Assembly: GCA_938049385.1 (NCBI GenBank)
Contig: CALIBQ010000038.1
Coordinates: 33,974-97,973 of the forward strand
Reading direction: 5' to 3'
Origin: an uncultured Anaerolineae bacterium
Lineage (GTDB): Bacteria; Chloroflexota; Anaerolineae; JACIWP01
DNA length: 64,000 bases
Part shown: positions 1 to 7,935 of the stretch, one piece after another
Layout: the number at the start of each line of letters is the position of its first letter
Numbering within the stretch: the stretch's first letter is position 1
Translations under genes and position numbers: made by a program
Notes under the pieces: generated by a model
The model's database searches: none
Told to the model about the DNA's origin: nothing
The model's input: the letters and a program-made list of their open reading frames with translations, nothing else

Positions 1-78
1 ATAGCCCTCCTTCTCCAGCACCATGCGGGTGATTTCCAGGAAATCGGGGTCGTCGTCCACTACCAGCACTTTGCACAT
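1..78 (-). CDS. response regulator receiver-domain protein, N-terminal fragment (gene continues beyond window start)
   Basis: minus-strand reading from ATG at 76-78 gives MCKVLVVDDDPDFLEITRMVLEKEGY, a canonical CheY-like receiver N-terminus with DDD acidic pocket; absent from the ORF track because it runs off the window edge. Confidence 0.55.
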   Translation of the reverse strand, partial: MCKVLVVDDDPDFLEITRMVLEKEGY

Positions 79-163
79 GGTTATCCCTCCTTGCGATGTG
101 GTGGCACGAGCAGATATCGATGAACGCTTCTCTCGCGGCGTTACATGGGCGCTAGGGAAGCAG

Positions 164-1009
164 TCAGCCGCGTTTAGCCAGGAGCCGGCGCACCTCTGCC
201 ACCAGCCGGTCGGGCGCAATGGGCTTCGCCAGGAAGGCGTCGGCCGCCGGCGAGGCATCCATCGGGAACATGCCGGCATAGGGCGAATCGGCGATGGAGG
301 AGACCATCAGCACCGGGATGCCGGCGAGCGATTGGTCGGCCCGCATCTGCTCAGCCGCATGCAGACCGTCCCAGATGTCCCGCATCATCACATCGAGCAG
401 TACCAGGTCGGGCCGGCTGAGGTGCATCAATGCCAGTGCCTGTTCTCCATGGGCCGCAGAGCTGACCTGATAGCCGGCATGTGTCAGGACAGTGCGGCAG
501 AATTCGACGAAATCCGGATCATCGTCCACCACCAGGATGTGGCCGGGCCGCGCCGACGGAAGCCGCCAGTCTGCCGACGAGCGGATGATCTCCAGCACCT
601 GTAGGATGTTGGTGCGCAGGATGCCGCTCTGCTGGCCCAGGGTGTGCAGGAGGAAATAGGTCAGGGCGCGTGGGCTGTCGAAGGCGGCTTCGATGAGCAG
701 GTTCCATTCGCCGGCGACGAAATAGAGGGCGATGACGGCGCTTTCGTGCTGGAGTGTGCCGGCGATGCGCGGCACTGCCCCCGGCTCGCACTGCACGCCG
801 ATGAAGACATGATGCGGGTAGCCAACGCGCGGCAGGTCCAGCGCCACCGCCAGCCGCATCCAGCCCTCATCCAGCAGGCGTTCCAGACGCTTGCGGATGG
901 TGCCTTCGGCGACCCCCAGCCGGCGGGCGATTTCCACATTGGGAATGCGCCCGTTCTCCTGCAGGATGCGGATGATATCCCGGTCCAGCTCGTCCAGTTG
1001 TGCCGACAT
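164..1009 (-). CDS. Lrp/AsnC-family transcriptional regulator fused to a C-terminal response-regulator receiver domain
   Basis: ORF 164..1051(-); N-terminal AsnC-type HTH (DRDIIRILQENGRIPNVEIARRLGVAEGTIRKRLERL) plus RAM-like domain; C-terminal receiver with DDD pocket, LLDVMM acceptor Asp, LMVSS and LAKP motifs; start placed at ATG 1009 (MSAQLDELD) with GGAG RBS 8 nt upstream; ATG 1051 also possible. Confidence 0.8.
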   Translation of the reverse strand: MSAQLDELDRDIIRILQENGRIPNVEIARRLGVAEGTIRKRLERLLDEGWMRLAVALDLPRVGYPHHVFIGVQCEPGAVPRIAGTLQHESAVIALYFVAGEWNLLIEAAFDSPRALTYFLLHTLGQQSGILRTNILQVLEIIRSSADWRLPSARPGHILVVDDDPDFVEFCRTVLTHAGYQVSSAAHGEQALALMHLSRPDLVLLDVMMRDIWDGLHAAEQMRADQSLAGIPVLMVSSIADSPYAGMFPMDASPAADAFLAKPIAPDRLVAEVRRLLAKRG

Positions 1010-1085
1010 GGGGTGTGCTCCATATCTGTGCGCCTGACTATATGATACCATATTTTGCGAAAAATGTCAATAGCAAAATAAAAAT

Positions 1086-1100
1086 TTACGAAATTCGTAA
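1086..1100. promoter_or_regulatory. perfect 7-1-7 palindrome TTACGAA-A-TTCGTAA; candidate Lrp-type operator in divergent lrp/aspS intergenic region
   Basis: read directly; sits in a locally AT-rich stretch (1049-1110) 77 bp upstream of the Lrp-REC start. Confidence 0.3.
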
Positions 1101-1174
1101 GAACATAGGCTACTGCGCCTGCGCATGTTCGCCCGCGGCAGTATGGCTCGTCCAACACCCTCGTACCGCCCGAT

Positions 1175-1202
1175 TTGAAGAATTGGCCCTCTGCGTTATA
1201 AT
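1175..1202 (+). promoter_or_regulatory. sigma70-type promoter candidate for aspS (TTGAAG-N16-TATAAT)
   Basis: -35 TTGAAG 1175-1180, -10 TATAAT 1197-1202, ~35 nt upstream of aspS start. Confidence 0.45.
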
Positions 1203-1237
1203 AAGAGGAAAACTTGTGCACGAAGGAACACTCGCCT

Positions 1238-3031
1238 ATGATGAAGACCCATACTTGCGGGGAACTGCGGCGTTCGCATGTGGGACAGACGGTGACCCTC
1301 GCCGGCTGGGTGCACCGCCGGCGCGACCACGGCGGGCTGATCTTCATTGACTTGCGCGACCGCTGGGGCATCACCCAGGTGGTCTTCGACTCCTCCGCAT
1401 ACCCGGAGGCCCATCAGGTAGCCGCCCGCTTCCGCAACGAGTACGTGGTCCAGATCACAGGCCAGGTGCGCGCCCGGCCGGCCGGCCTGGAAAACCCCAA
1501 AATGGCTACTGGCGATATCGAGGTCTTGGGCCAGCACGCCGTCATCTTGAACGAGGCCAAAACCCCGCCCTTCTACATCAACGAGGATGTGGATGTGGAC
1601 GAAACCCTGCGCCTGCGCTACCGCTACCTGGACCTGCGCCGGGAACGCATGCAGAGGAACATGGTCCTGCGCCATCGCGTCGTCAAGTTCATGCGCGATT
1701 ATCTGGACGCTCGCGGCTTCATCGAGATCGAAACGCCCATCCTCATCAAGAGCACGCCGGAGGGAGCGCGCGACTACCTGGTGCCCAGCCGGCTCCATAA
1801 GGGGCGCTTCTATGCCCTGCCCCAGTCGCCCCAGCAGTTGAAGCAGTTGCTGATGGTTGCCGGCATCGAACGCTATTTCCAAATTGCCCGCTGTTTCCGC
1901 GACGAGGACCAGCGCGCTGACCGTCAGCCGGAATTCACTCAGCTCGACCTGGAAATGTCCTTCGTGGACCAGGAGGATATCCTCCAGCTTATCGAGGGCC
2001 TGTTCATCAGCCTGGTGGAGGCCATGCGCCGGCCCTTTGAGGAAGGGGGCATGGGGCTGACCAAGACCATCCAGCAAATCCCCTTCCCGCGCCTTTCCTA
2101 CGAAGAGGCCATGAACCGCTACGGCACGGACAAACCTGACCTGCGCTTCGGCATGGAAATCATTGACTTCAGCGACGTGGTGGCCGGCTCTTCGTTCGGC
2201 GTCTTTGCCAATGCCTTGGCCGCCGGCGGGAAGGTCAAGGGGCTGTGCGTGCCGGGTGCCGGCAGTTACACTCGCAAGCAGTTGGATGAGCTGTCGCTGT
2301 TGGCACAACGCCTGGGTGCCAAGGGGCTGGTCTGGATGATCCCGGACGCGGAAGGGGTGCGCTCGCCGGCCGCCAAGTTCCTGACGCCCGAGGAAATCCG
2401 CGGCATTATCCAGCGCGCCGGCGCCGGCCCCGAGGACCTTATCCTACTGGCTGCCGATAAGCCCGAGGTCGTCGCCGAAGTGCTGGGCGAACTGCGGGTG
2501 GAGATGGGCCGGCGGCTGGGCCTGCTGGACGAGAATGTGCTGGCCTTTTGCTGGATCGTGGACTTCCCCCTTCTGGAGTGGAGCGAGGAGGAACAGCGCT
2601 ATACCGCCAAGCATCATCCCTTCACCTCGGCGCGCGATGAGGATTGGGACCTGCTGGAGACCAACCCCGCCGCAGTGCGTGCCAAGGCATACGACATCGT
2701 GCTCAACGGCTATGAGGTAGGCGGCGGGAGCATCCGAATCCACCGCCGCGACCTGCAGAACCGGCTGTTCCGCGTCCTCGGCCTCTCCGAAGAGGAAATT
2801 CAGGCGCAGTTCGGCCATATGCTGGAGGCCTTCGAGTACGGCGCCCCGCCGCACGGCGGCATTGCCCCGGGCATTGACCGCATCGTCATGCTCTTGGCCG
2901 GCGAACCCAATATCCGCGAGGTCATCGCCTTCCCCAAGACGCAGTCAGCGGTGGACCTGATGACCGGCGCCCCCTCGCCGGTATCCCCTCGACAGCTTCA
3001 GGAACTGCATATCCGCATCGTCGAAGATTAA
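1238..3031 (+). CDS. aspS: aspartate--tRNA ligase
   Basis: ORF 1214..3031; N-terminal OB anticodon-binding domain ([29 protein letters not shown]), class II aaRS motifs ([18 protein letters not shown]; [11 protein letters not shown]; [14 protein letters not shown]); ATG 1238 follows GAAGGA RBS. Confidence 0.95.
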   Translation: MMKTHTCGELRRSHVGQTVTLAGWVHRRRDHGGLIFIDLRDRWGITQVVFDSSAYPEAHQVAARFRNEYVVQITGQVRARPAGLENPKMATGDIEVLGQHAVILNEAKTPPFYINEDVDVDETLRLRYRYLDLRRERMQRNMVLRHRVVKFMRDYLDARGFIEIETPILIKSTPEGARDYLVPSRLHKGRFYALPQSPQQLKQLLMVAGIERYFQIARCFRDEDQRADRQPEFTQLDLEMSFVDQEDILQLIEGLFISLVEAMRRPFEEGGMGLTKTIQQIPFPRLSYEEAMNRYGTDKPDLRFGMEIIDFSDVVAGSSFGVFANALAAGGKVKGLCVPGAGSYTRKQLDELSLLAQRLGAKGLVWMIPDAEGVRSPAAKFLTPEEIRGIIQRAGAGPEDLILLAADKPEVVAEVLGELRVEMGRRLGLLDENVLAFCWIVDFPLLEWSEEEQRYTAKHHPFTSARDEDWDLLETNPAAVRAKAYDIVLNGYEVGGGSIRIHRRDLQNRLFRVLGLSEEEIQAQFGHMLEAFEYGAPPHGGIAPGIDRIVMLLAGEPNIREVIAFPKTQSAVDLMTGAPSPVSPRQLQELHIRIVED

Positions 3032-3040
3032 GCCAGGACT

Positions 3041-3070
3041 GCCGGCGGGGAGGGAGACCCTCCCCGCCGT
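3041..3070 (+). terminator. GC-rich hairpin downstream of aspS (CGGCGGGGAGGG-AGA-CCCTCCCCGCCG), weak T tract
   Basis: 12-bp perfect stem read directly, 10 nt after aspS stop; T-run poor, so may be a REP-like element instead. Confidence 0.4.
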
Positions 3071-3211
3071 TCCGCGTCCGAAGCTTTTATCTTAAAACCC
3101 TCCTTATGCCCTATACAGGGCGTGCAAAACCAGTATAATGATAAGCGTGTACCACAGACCACTGGGGTTCTGTCGCCTGGCACCCATTTTCGCTGGCAAG
3201 GAGGTTGACTG

Positions 3212-4237
3212 GTGATGATGCGCGCACGCTGGAGCGCCGCTGTACTGCTGGGGTTACTGCTGGTGGCCGCCGGCGTCATGCCGGCCTGGGCGCAGGAACC
3301 GGTGCATGTCGTGCAGGCCGGCGAGACGCTGAGCAGTATCGCCGCGCGCTATGGTGTCAGTGCCCAAGCACTTGCGCAGGCCAATCAGCTCACCAACCGG
3401 GATTGGATCTACGTCGGCCAGCGCCTGCGCATCCCCTCCCAGGGAGGCAGTGCATCCGCCGGCTCTCCCGCCGGCTATCACGTGGTGAGTTACGGCGAGA
3501 GCCTGACCACTATCGCCTGGAAGTACGGCGTGAGCGTCGAGGACCTGGTGCGGGCCAATGGTCTGCCGAACCCCAACTTTGTGTTTGCCGGCCAGCGGCT
3601 GGTGATCCCTTCCGGCGGTGCCCCGACAGCCAGCGCTGCACAGACCAGCGCCCCGACGGGGGTCGCCGGCGGCGAGACCACCCACATCGTGCAGGCCGGG
3701 CAGACGCTGACCAGCATCGCGGCACGCTACGGCGTATCGGTCAGCGCCCTCATGCAGGCTAACGGCTTGCGCAATCAGGACTTTATTTATGTCGGACAGA
3801 GACTGCGCATTCCCGCACCGGGTTCCGCGCCGGCCCCTTCCGCCTCCATCGCCTCCGCGCCGGTGCTGGCGGAGGCACCGTACGCCGGGCGTTGGATTGA
3901 TGTCAATCTCAGCACCCAGACCCTGACGGCCTACGAGGGCAGTATCCCGGTGTTCACGGCGTTGGTCTCTACCGGCCTGCCGGCCACCCCAACGGTGACA
4001 GGGCACTTCAAGATTTACTCCAAGTACACGGCCATTGACATGGCCGGCCCGGGTTATTACCTGCCGGCGGTCCCCTGGACCATGTTCTTCTACCGCGGCT
4101 ATGCCCTGCACGGCGCCTACTGGCATAATAACTTCGGCCAGCCCATGAGCCACGGCTGTGTGAACCTCAGCGTGCCCGACGCCAAATGGCTGTTTGAGTT
4201 CGCCAGCGTCGGCACCCCGGTGGTGGTGCACTACTGA
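3212..4237 (+). CDS. L,D-transpeptidase (YkuD domain) with three N-terminal LysM domains and signal peptide
   Basis: three LysM repeats ([19 protein letters not shown]...; [20 protein letters not shown]...; [19 protein letters not shown]...), C-terminal Ldt catalytic region with conserved HGCVNLS; AAGGAGG RBS 8 nt upstream. Confidence 0.85.
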   Translation: MMMRARWSAAVLLGLLLVAAGVMPAWAQEPVHVVQAGETLSSIAARYGVSAQALAQANQLTNRDWIYVGQRLRIPSQGGSASAGSPAGYHVVSYGESLTTIAWKYGVSVEDLVRANGLPNPNFVFAGQRLVIPSGGAPTASAAQTSAPTGVAGGETTHIVQAGQTLTSIAARYGVSVSALMQANGLRNQDFIYVGQRLRIPAPGSAPAPSASIASAPVLAEAPYAGRWIDVNLSTQTLTAYEGSIPVFTALVSTGLPATPTVTGHFKIYSKYTAIDMAGPGYYLPAVPWTMFFYRGYALHGAYWHNNFGQPMSHGCVNLSVPDAKWLFEFASVGTPVVVHY

Positions 4238-4239
4238 TT

Positions 4240-4500
4240 GGGTTATGCATAAGGCCCGGCAGTTGAAACTGCGGCTACGTCTGCGAAGTCAGCCTGTTCC
4301 GACTGCGCGAGGCCTGCAGAGGCAGGCTTCGCAGTTATTGCTGTGGCTTATGGAATTTCATCCTCGCGCCTTGTCTGGTGCTGAAGCACCAGTTTCATGA
4401 GCCAGGTGCTTCAGCACCAGGCTCACGGTGCCAAGCCCCGCAGGGGCTTCGCTTCATAAGCCGGCGGCTGGGATGCCGCCGGCGAACCTGCTTGAGACCA
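4240..4500. repeat. intergenic repeat cluster: truncated copy of the MITE-like family (core 4255-4350) followed by hairpin module (4380-4490)
   Basis: core GCAGTTGAAACTGCG...CTGCGAAGTC...GCAGGCTTCGCAGTTATTGCTGTGGCTT matches copies at 13047, 22279, 31977, 43616, 49374; second module CCAAGCCCCGCAGGGGCTTCGCTTCATAAGCCGGCGGCTGGGATGCCGCCGGCGAAC recurs at 49531-49590. Confidence 0.6.
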
Positions 4501-4523
4501 CAGGCTTATTGCCGAAGTAAAAA

Positions 4524-4560
4524 CAAACGGCCGTCGTGGAACCACGGCGGCCGTTTTCTG
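4524..4560. terminator. bidirectional hairpin terminator (AAACGGCCGTCGTGG-AACC-ACGGCGGCCGTTTT) between LysM-Ldt gene and ftsB-like gene
   Basis: stem with A-run before and T-run after, read directly; 18 nt beyond the stop of the minus-strand ftsB-like gene. Confidence 0.55.
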
Positions 4561-4577
4561 TCCTCCCGCTGATGATG

Positions 4578-4973
4578 CTATGGCCCCAAGAAGCGCTTGC
4601 GCCACAGGTCCCAGAAGGGAGGGGCGGCGGGCGGTGGGGTGCTCGGCGCGGCCGGCGTTGGGGTAGCCGCCGGCGTTCCCTCGTACTGCAGGAGCACACT
4701 GCCCTCGCCGGCGCTGGCCCAGCCCAACTCTTCGCGCGCCAGTTGGTCCAGATAGCCGGCACTGCGCGTCTGCTCTACCAGGCGCTGAAGCTCATTGCGC
4801 CGCTCCTGCACTTGTAGGACCTGGCGCTGAAGCTCGCGCTTTTCGGCCAGCACGATCTGGAAGGCATATGATTTGCCGGCCAGCAGGATGATGAAGTAGA
4901 GCGCCAGGCAGGCGATGCCGAAGGTCAGCCATTGGGCCAGGGTGGGACGAAAGCGGCGCGCGCGTTTGGCCAT
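4578..4973 (-). CDS. septum formation initiator family protein (FtsB/DivIC-like), Pro/Ala-rich C-terminus
   Basis: ORF 4578..5042; start at MAKRARRF (ATG 4973, GAGGGAACGAG RBS); single N-terminal TM helix then coiled coil (QIVLAEKRELQRQVLQVQERRNELQRLVEQ) typical of FtsB/DivIC. Confidence 0.7.
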   Translation of the reverse strand: MAKRARRFRPTLAQWLTFGIACLALYFIILLAGKSYAFQIVLAEKRELQRQVLQVQERRNELQRLVEQTRSAGYLDQLAREELGWASAGEGSVLLQYEGTPAATPTPAAPSTPPPAAPPFWDLWRKRFLGP

Positions 4974-5094
4974 CTCGTTCCCTCGTTCAATTGTCCTAGC
5001 CGCTGAGGCCAGGTGAATGCCGGCGCCGGCCGGCGGCCGCATGACACAAAAAAGATACCCCAGGGCGTTGGGAGTCTGCCCTGGGGCTGTTCGA

Positions 5095-5183
5095 TGGTGC
5101 CGAAGGAGGGATTTGAACCCACACGGGCGTTATGCCCACTGCGCCCTGAACGCAGCGTGTCTGCCAGTTCCACCACTTCGGCA
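5095..5183 (-). tRNA. tRNA-Leu (anticodon CAG), long variable arm, CCA encoded
   Basis: minus-strand RNA GCCGAAGTGGTGGAACTGGCAGACACGCTGCGTTCAGGGCGCAGTGGGCATAACGCCCGTGTGGGTTCAAATCCCTCCTTCGGCACCA; anticodon stem CTGCG/CGCAG with loop TTCAGGG; T-stem has one U-U mismatch. Confidence 0.8.
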
Positions 5184-5209
5184 TCCCAGCTTCCATTGGA
5201 AGCACCTAT

Positions 5210-5238
5210 ATTATATCGGGTTCGCCCCAATTTGTCAA
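5210..5238 (-). promoter_or_regulatory. sigma70-type promoter for tRNA-Leu (TTGACA-N17-TATAAT on minus strand)
   Basis: reverse complement of 5210-5238 reads TTGACAaattggggcgaacccgaTATAAT; overlaps the 3' end of the GNAT gene. Confidence 0.5.
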
Positions 5239-5239
5239 A

Positions 5240-5782
5240 TCAAGCCGGAAGGCCTTTGCGGAATTCCTCCTCCAGGATGCCCATCTGATGGATATCATGG
5301 TACTGCCCGTCGCGGTACAGGGCCTGCCGGCGCGTGCCCTCCAGGCGGAAGCCGGCTTTCTCATAACAGCGCCTGGCCCGCGTGTTGAAATCGTATACCT
5401 CCAGCTCCACCCGATGCAAATTCAGCTCCAGAAAGGCGAAGCGCAGGAGCGTGCGCACCGCGTCGGTGCCAAGGCCCCGGTTCCAGAAGCGCTTCTCACC
5501 GATGGAGATGCCCAGTACTCCACAGCGGTTCTTCCAGTCCACCCGATGCAGGCCGATGGTGCCGATGGGCAGCCATTCTCCCCCTTCTTCGGTCTCGATG
5601 ACAAACATCATGTCGTCGCGCGCTTTGAGATGTTCCTCGAACCACTGCTCTTCCCGGGCCTGGGACATGGGGAGGTACATCAGCAGGTACTGGCGTACCT
5701 CTGGATCGTTGAACCAGCGCACGAAGGTGGGGATATCGCGGCGCTCCGGGGAGCGCAGGCGGATGCGTGCACCAAAGAGCAT
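5240..5782 (-). CDS. GNAT family N-acetyltransferase (RimJ/RimL-like)
   Basis: ORF 5240..5863; start at MLFGARIRLR (ATG 5782, GGAGAA RBS); acetyl-CoA binding motif region RGLGTDAVRTLLRFAF and conserved FNTRARRCYEKAGF. Confidence 0.8.
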   Translation of the reverse strand: MLFGARIRLRSPERRDIPTFVRWFNDPEVRQYLLMYLPMSQAREEQWFEEHLKARDDMMFVIETEEGGEWLPIGTIGLHRVDWKNRCGVLGISIGEKRFWNRGLGTDAVRTLLRFAFLELNLHRVELEVYDFNTRARRCYEKAGFRLEGTRRQALYRDGQYHDIHQMGILEEEFRKGLPA

Positions 5783-5792
5783 GCGCGTTCTC

Positions 5793-7634
5793 CTAATGTC
5801 TGAGGTAGAAGGGCACGTCCGTGATGATGCGGAAGCGTCCCTGGCTCGTATCCCGGCGGGCATAGTTCAAGGCCCACTTGAGCACCAGGGCGGTCTGGTT
5901 GTGCAGGAAGAAGTGCCACCAGCGCGCCGGCACGAACTCCGGCATGACGATAGTCACGTAATGGCCGTCCTCATCAATGAAACTGTTCACGTAATCCATC
6001 AACGGCTCCACCACAGAGCGGTACGGCGATGGCAGGACCTCCAGCGGGATATCGGGCAGGTAATGCTTCCAGCGCTCCAAAAGCTTGGCCGTTTCCTCCG
6101 GATTCACATCCACGGTGACCACGTGCACGTCCTCTCCCAATGCCTTGGCATAGTACACGGCCTTGACGACGCCGCGATGCAGGCCGGCCACCGGCACGAC
6201 GACGGTATGTTTCTTGACCGGGGTGGGCCAGCGCAGGGAGAGAGAAAGCTGTTCCGCCACCTCTTCGTAATGATGGTGAATGGCTTTGAACATCATCACC
6301 AACAGGGGGATGAGGGCCAGCACGATCCACGCGCCGTGGATGAACTTGGTGACCGCCATCATTACCGCCACGATGAATGTGGCAACCGCTCCCAGGGCGT
6401 TAAAGATGATGGAAGTTTGCCAGCCGGGGGTGCGCCGGCGCAGCCAGTACCGCACCATGCCGGTCTGGTTGAGGGTGAAGGATGTGAACACGCCCACCGC
6501 GTACAGCGGGATAAGGGCATGGGTGCTGGCATGGAAGAGGATGACCAGCAGGGATGAAAACAGCCCCAAGAGGATGATGCCGTTGGCATAGACCAGCCGG
6601 TCTCCCACGTTGGCGAGCTGGCGCGGCAGGAAGCGATCGCGCGCCATCCACATGGAAAGGCGCGGGAAATCGGCGTAGCTGGTGTTGGCCGCCAGCACCA
6701 GGATGAGCATGGTCGCCGCCTGAATCAGGTAATAGAAGATACTTCGGTCGAAGATGGTGCGGGCGATTTGCGAGACAACGGTCTCGCCTTCGCGCGGGAC
6801 GATCCCAAGCTGGTGCGCCAGGAAAGTGATGCCCAGGAACATGGTCACCAGAATGGTGACCATCCACAGCAGGGTTTTGCCGGCGTTCTCCCCTTCAGGC
6901 GGCTTGAAAACCGGCACCCCGTCGCTGATGGCCTCCACACCGGTCAGGGCGGTACAGCCGGAGGTGAAGGCGCGCAGAAGCAGGAACAAGGTGAGCGGTT
7001 GGGCGGCCTGTACCGCAGTGGCGGTAGCGGCCTCCGCCGGCTGGATGGAGCCGGTGAGCACACGCGCTATGCCGACGCCGATGAGGGTCAGAATGCAGGC
7101 GATAAAAAAGTAGGTAGGCACGGCGAAGACGCGCGCCGACTCCCGCACGCCGCGCAGGTTCATGATGGTGATGAAGGCGATGGCAACAACCGCCAGCTCC
7201 ACCCGCCAGGGATAGAGCGGGGGAAAGGCGGAAGTGATGGCGGCAATGCCGGCGGAGATGCTCACCGCCACCGTCAGGATATAGTCGGTCAGCAAAGCCC
7301 CGCCGGCGACCAGGCTGGGAAGCGTGCCCAGGTTCTCGCGCGATACGATGTACGAGCCGGCGCCTTTCGGGTAGGCGTGCACTGTCTGGTAGTAGGACAT
7401 GCCGACGATGACCAGCAGTGCGGCGATGGCCAGCGCGATGGGCCATGACAGGTTCAGCGCGGCACTGCCGGCGAGGATCAGCACCATCAGGATTTCCTCC
7501 GTCGCATAGGCGACCGAGGAAAGCGCATCCGATGACAAGACAGCTAACGCCTGGACCTTGCCCAGGCGCTCATGGGACATGCGGTACGTCGGCAGCGGCA
7601 TGCCGATTAATATTCTCTTGATGTAGGACAGCAT
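5793..7634 (-). CDS. APC-superfamily amino acid permease with C-terminal cytoplasmic domain
   Basis: 613 aa, ~12 predicted TM helices (e.g. ILAGSAALNLSWPIALAIAALLVIVGMSYY), conserved APC N-terminal segment LSSDALSSVAYATEEIL; soluble C-terminal ~150 aa domain. Confidence 0.8.
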   Translation of the reverse strand: MLSYIKRILIGMPLPTYRMSHERLGKVQALAVLSSDALSSVAYATEEILMVLILAGSAALNLSWPIALAIAALLVIVGMSYYQTVHAYPKGAGSYIVSRENLGTLPSLVAGGALLTDYILTVAVSISAGIAAITSAFPPLYPWRVELAVVAIAFITIMNLRGVRESARVFAVPTYFFIACILTLIGVGIARVLTGSIQPAEAATATAVQAAQPLTLFLLLRAFTSGCTALTGVEAISDGVPVFKPPEGENAGKTLLWMVTILVTMFLGITFLAHQLGIVPREGETVVSQIARTIFDRSIFYYLIQAATMLILVLAANTSYADFPRLSMWMARDRFLPRQLANVGDRLVYANGIILLGLFSSLLVILFHASTHALIPLYAVGVFTSFTLNQTGMVRYWLRRRTPGWQTSIIFNALGAVATFIVAVMMAVTKFIHGAWIVLALIPLLVMMFKAIHHHYEEVAEQLSLSLRWPTPVKKHTVVVPVAGLHRGVVKAVYYAKALGEDVHVVTVDVNPEETAKLLERWKHYLPDIPLEVLPSPYRSVVEPLMDYVNSFIDEDGHYVTIVMPEFVPARWWHFFLHNQTALVLKWALNYARRDTSQGRFRIITDVPFYLRH

Positions 7635-7850
7635 AGCACATCCTCCAAAGACATGCGCTAAACTCCAAGGTTATCATCAAAGGGCTGGGCTGTCAACTTT
7701 TTCGAGAGCTTTTTCCCTCTCCGATACTCTCGGCCAGACGCTGAAGCAGTAGGCTCATGGCGCAAAGCCTGCCGGGGCTTTCGTTCCCTCCGCACCGTCG
7801 GCTCCCACCCCCGCGCAGGTGATGCACCACTTTCGCTAGGGACGGGCGTG

Positions 7851-7880
7851 TTGCAGGCCGGCGCTTATCAGGCTATAATA
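7851..7880 (+). promoter_or_regulatory. sigma70-type promoter candidate for rel (TTGCAG-N18-TATAAT)
   Basis: -35 TTGCAG 7851-7856, -10 TATAAT 7875-7880; 55 nt upstream of rel start. Confidence 0.45.
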
Positions 7881-7935
7881 TAAGTTTAGAGAGCGGAGAT
7901 AGGATTGGCATTGTTCCTGGTTAGGTGAATAGGAT

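Noticed and set aside
1052-1237. T-box leader upstream of aspS
   Set aside because: Promoter-to-start distance is only ~35 nt, far too short for a T-box riboswitch
1196-2308. 370-aa minus-strand ORF opposite aspS
   Set aside because: Antisense shadow of aspS with no recognisable motifs; GC-rich frame artefact
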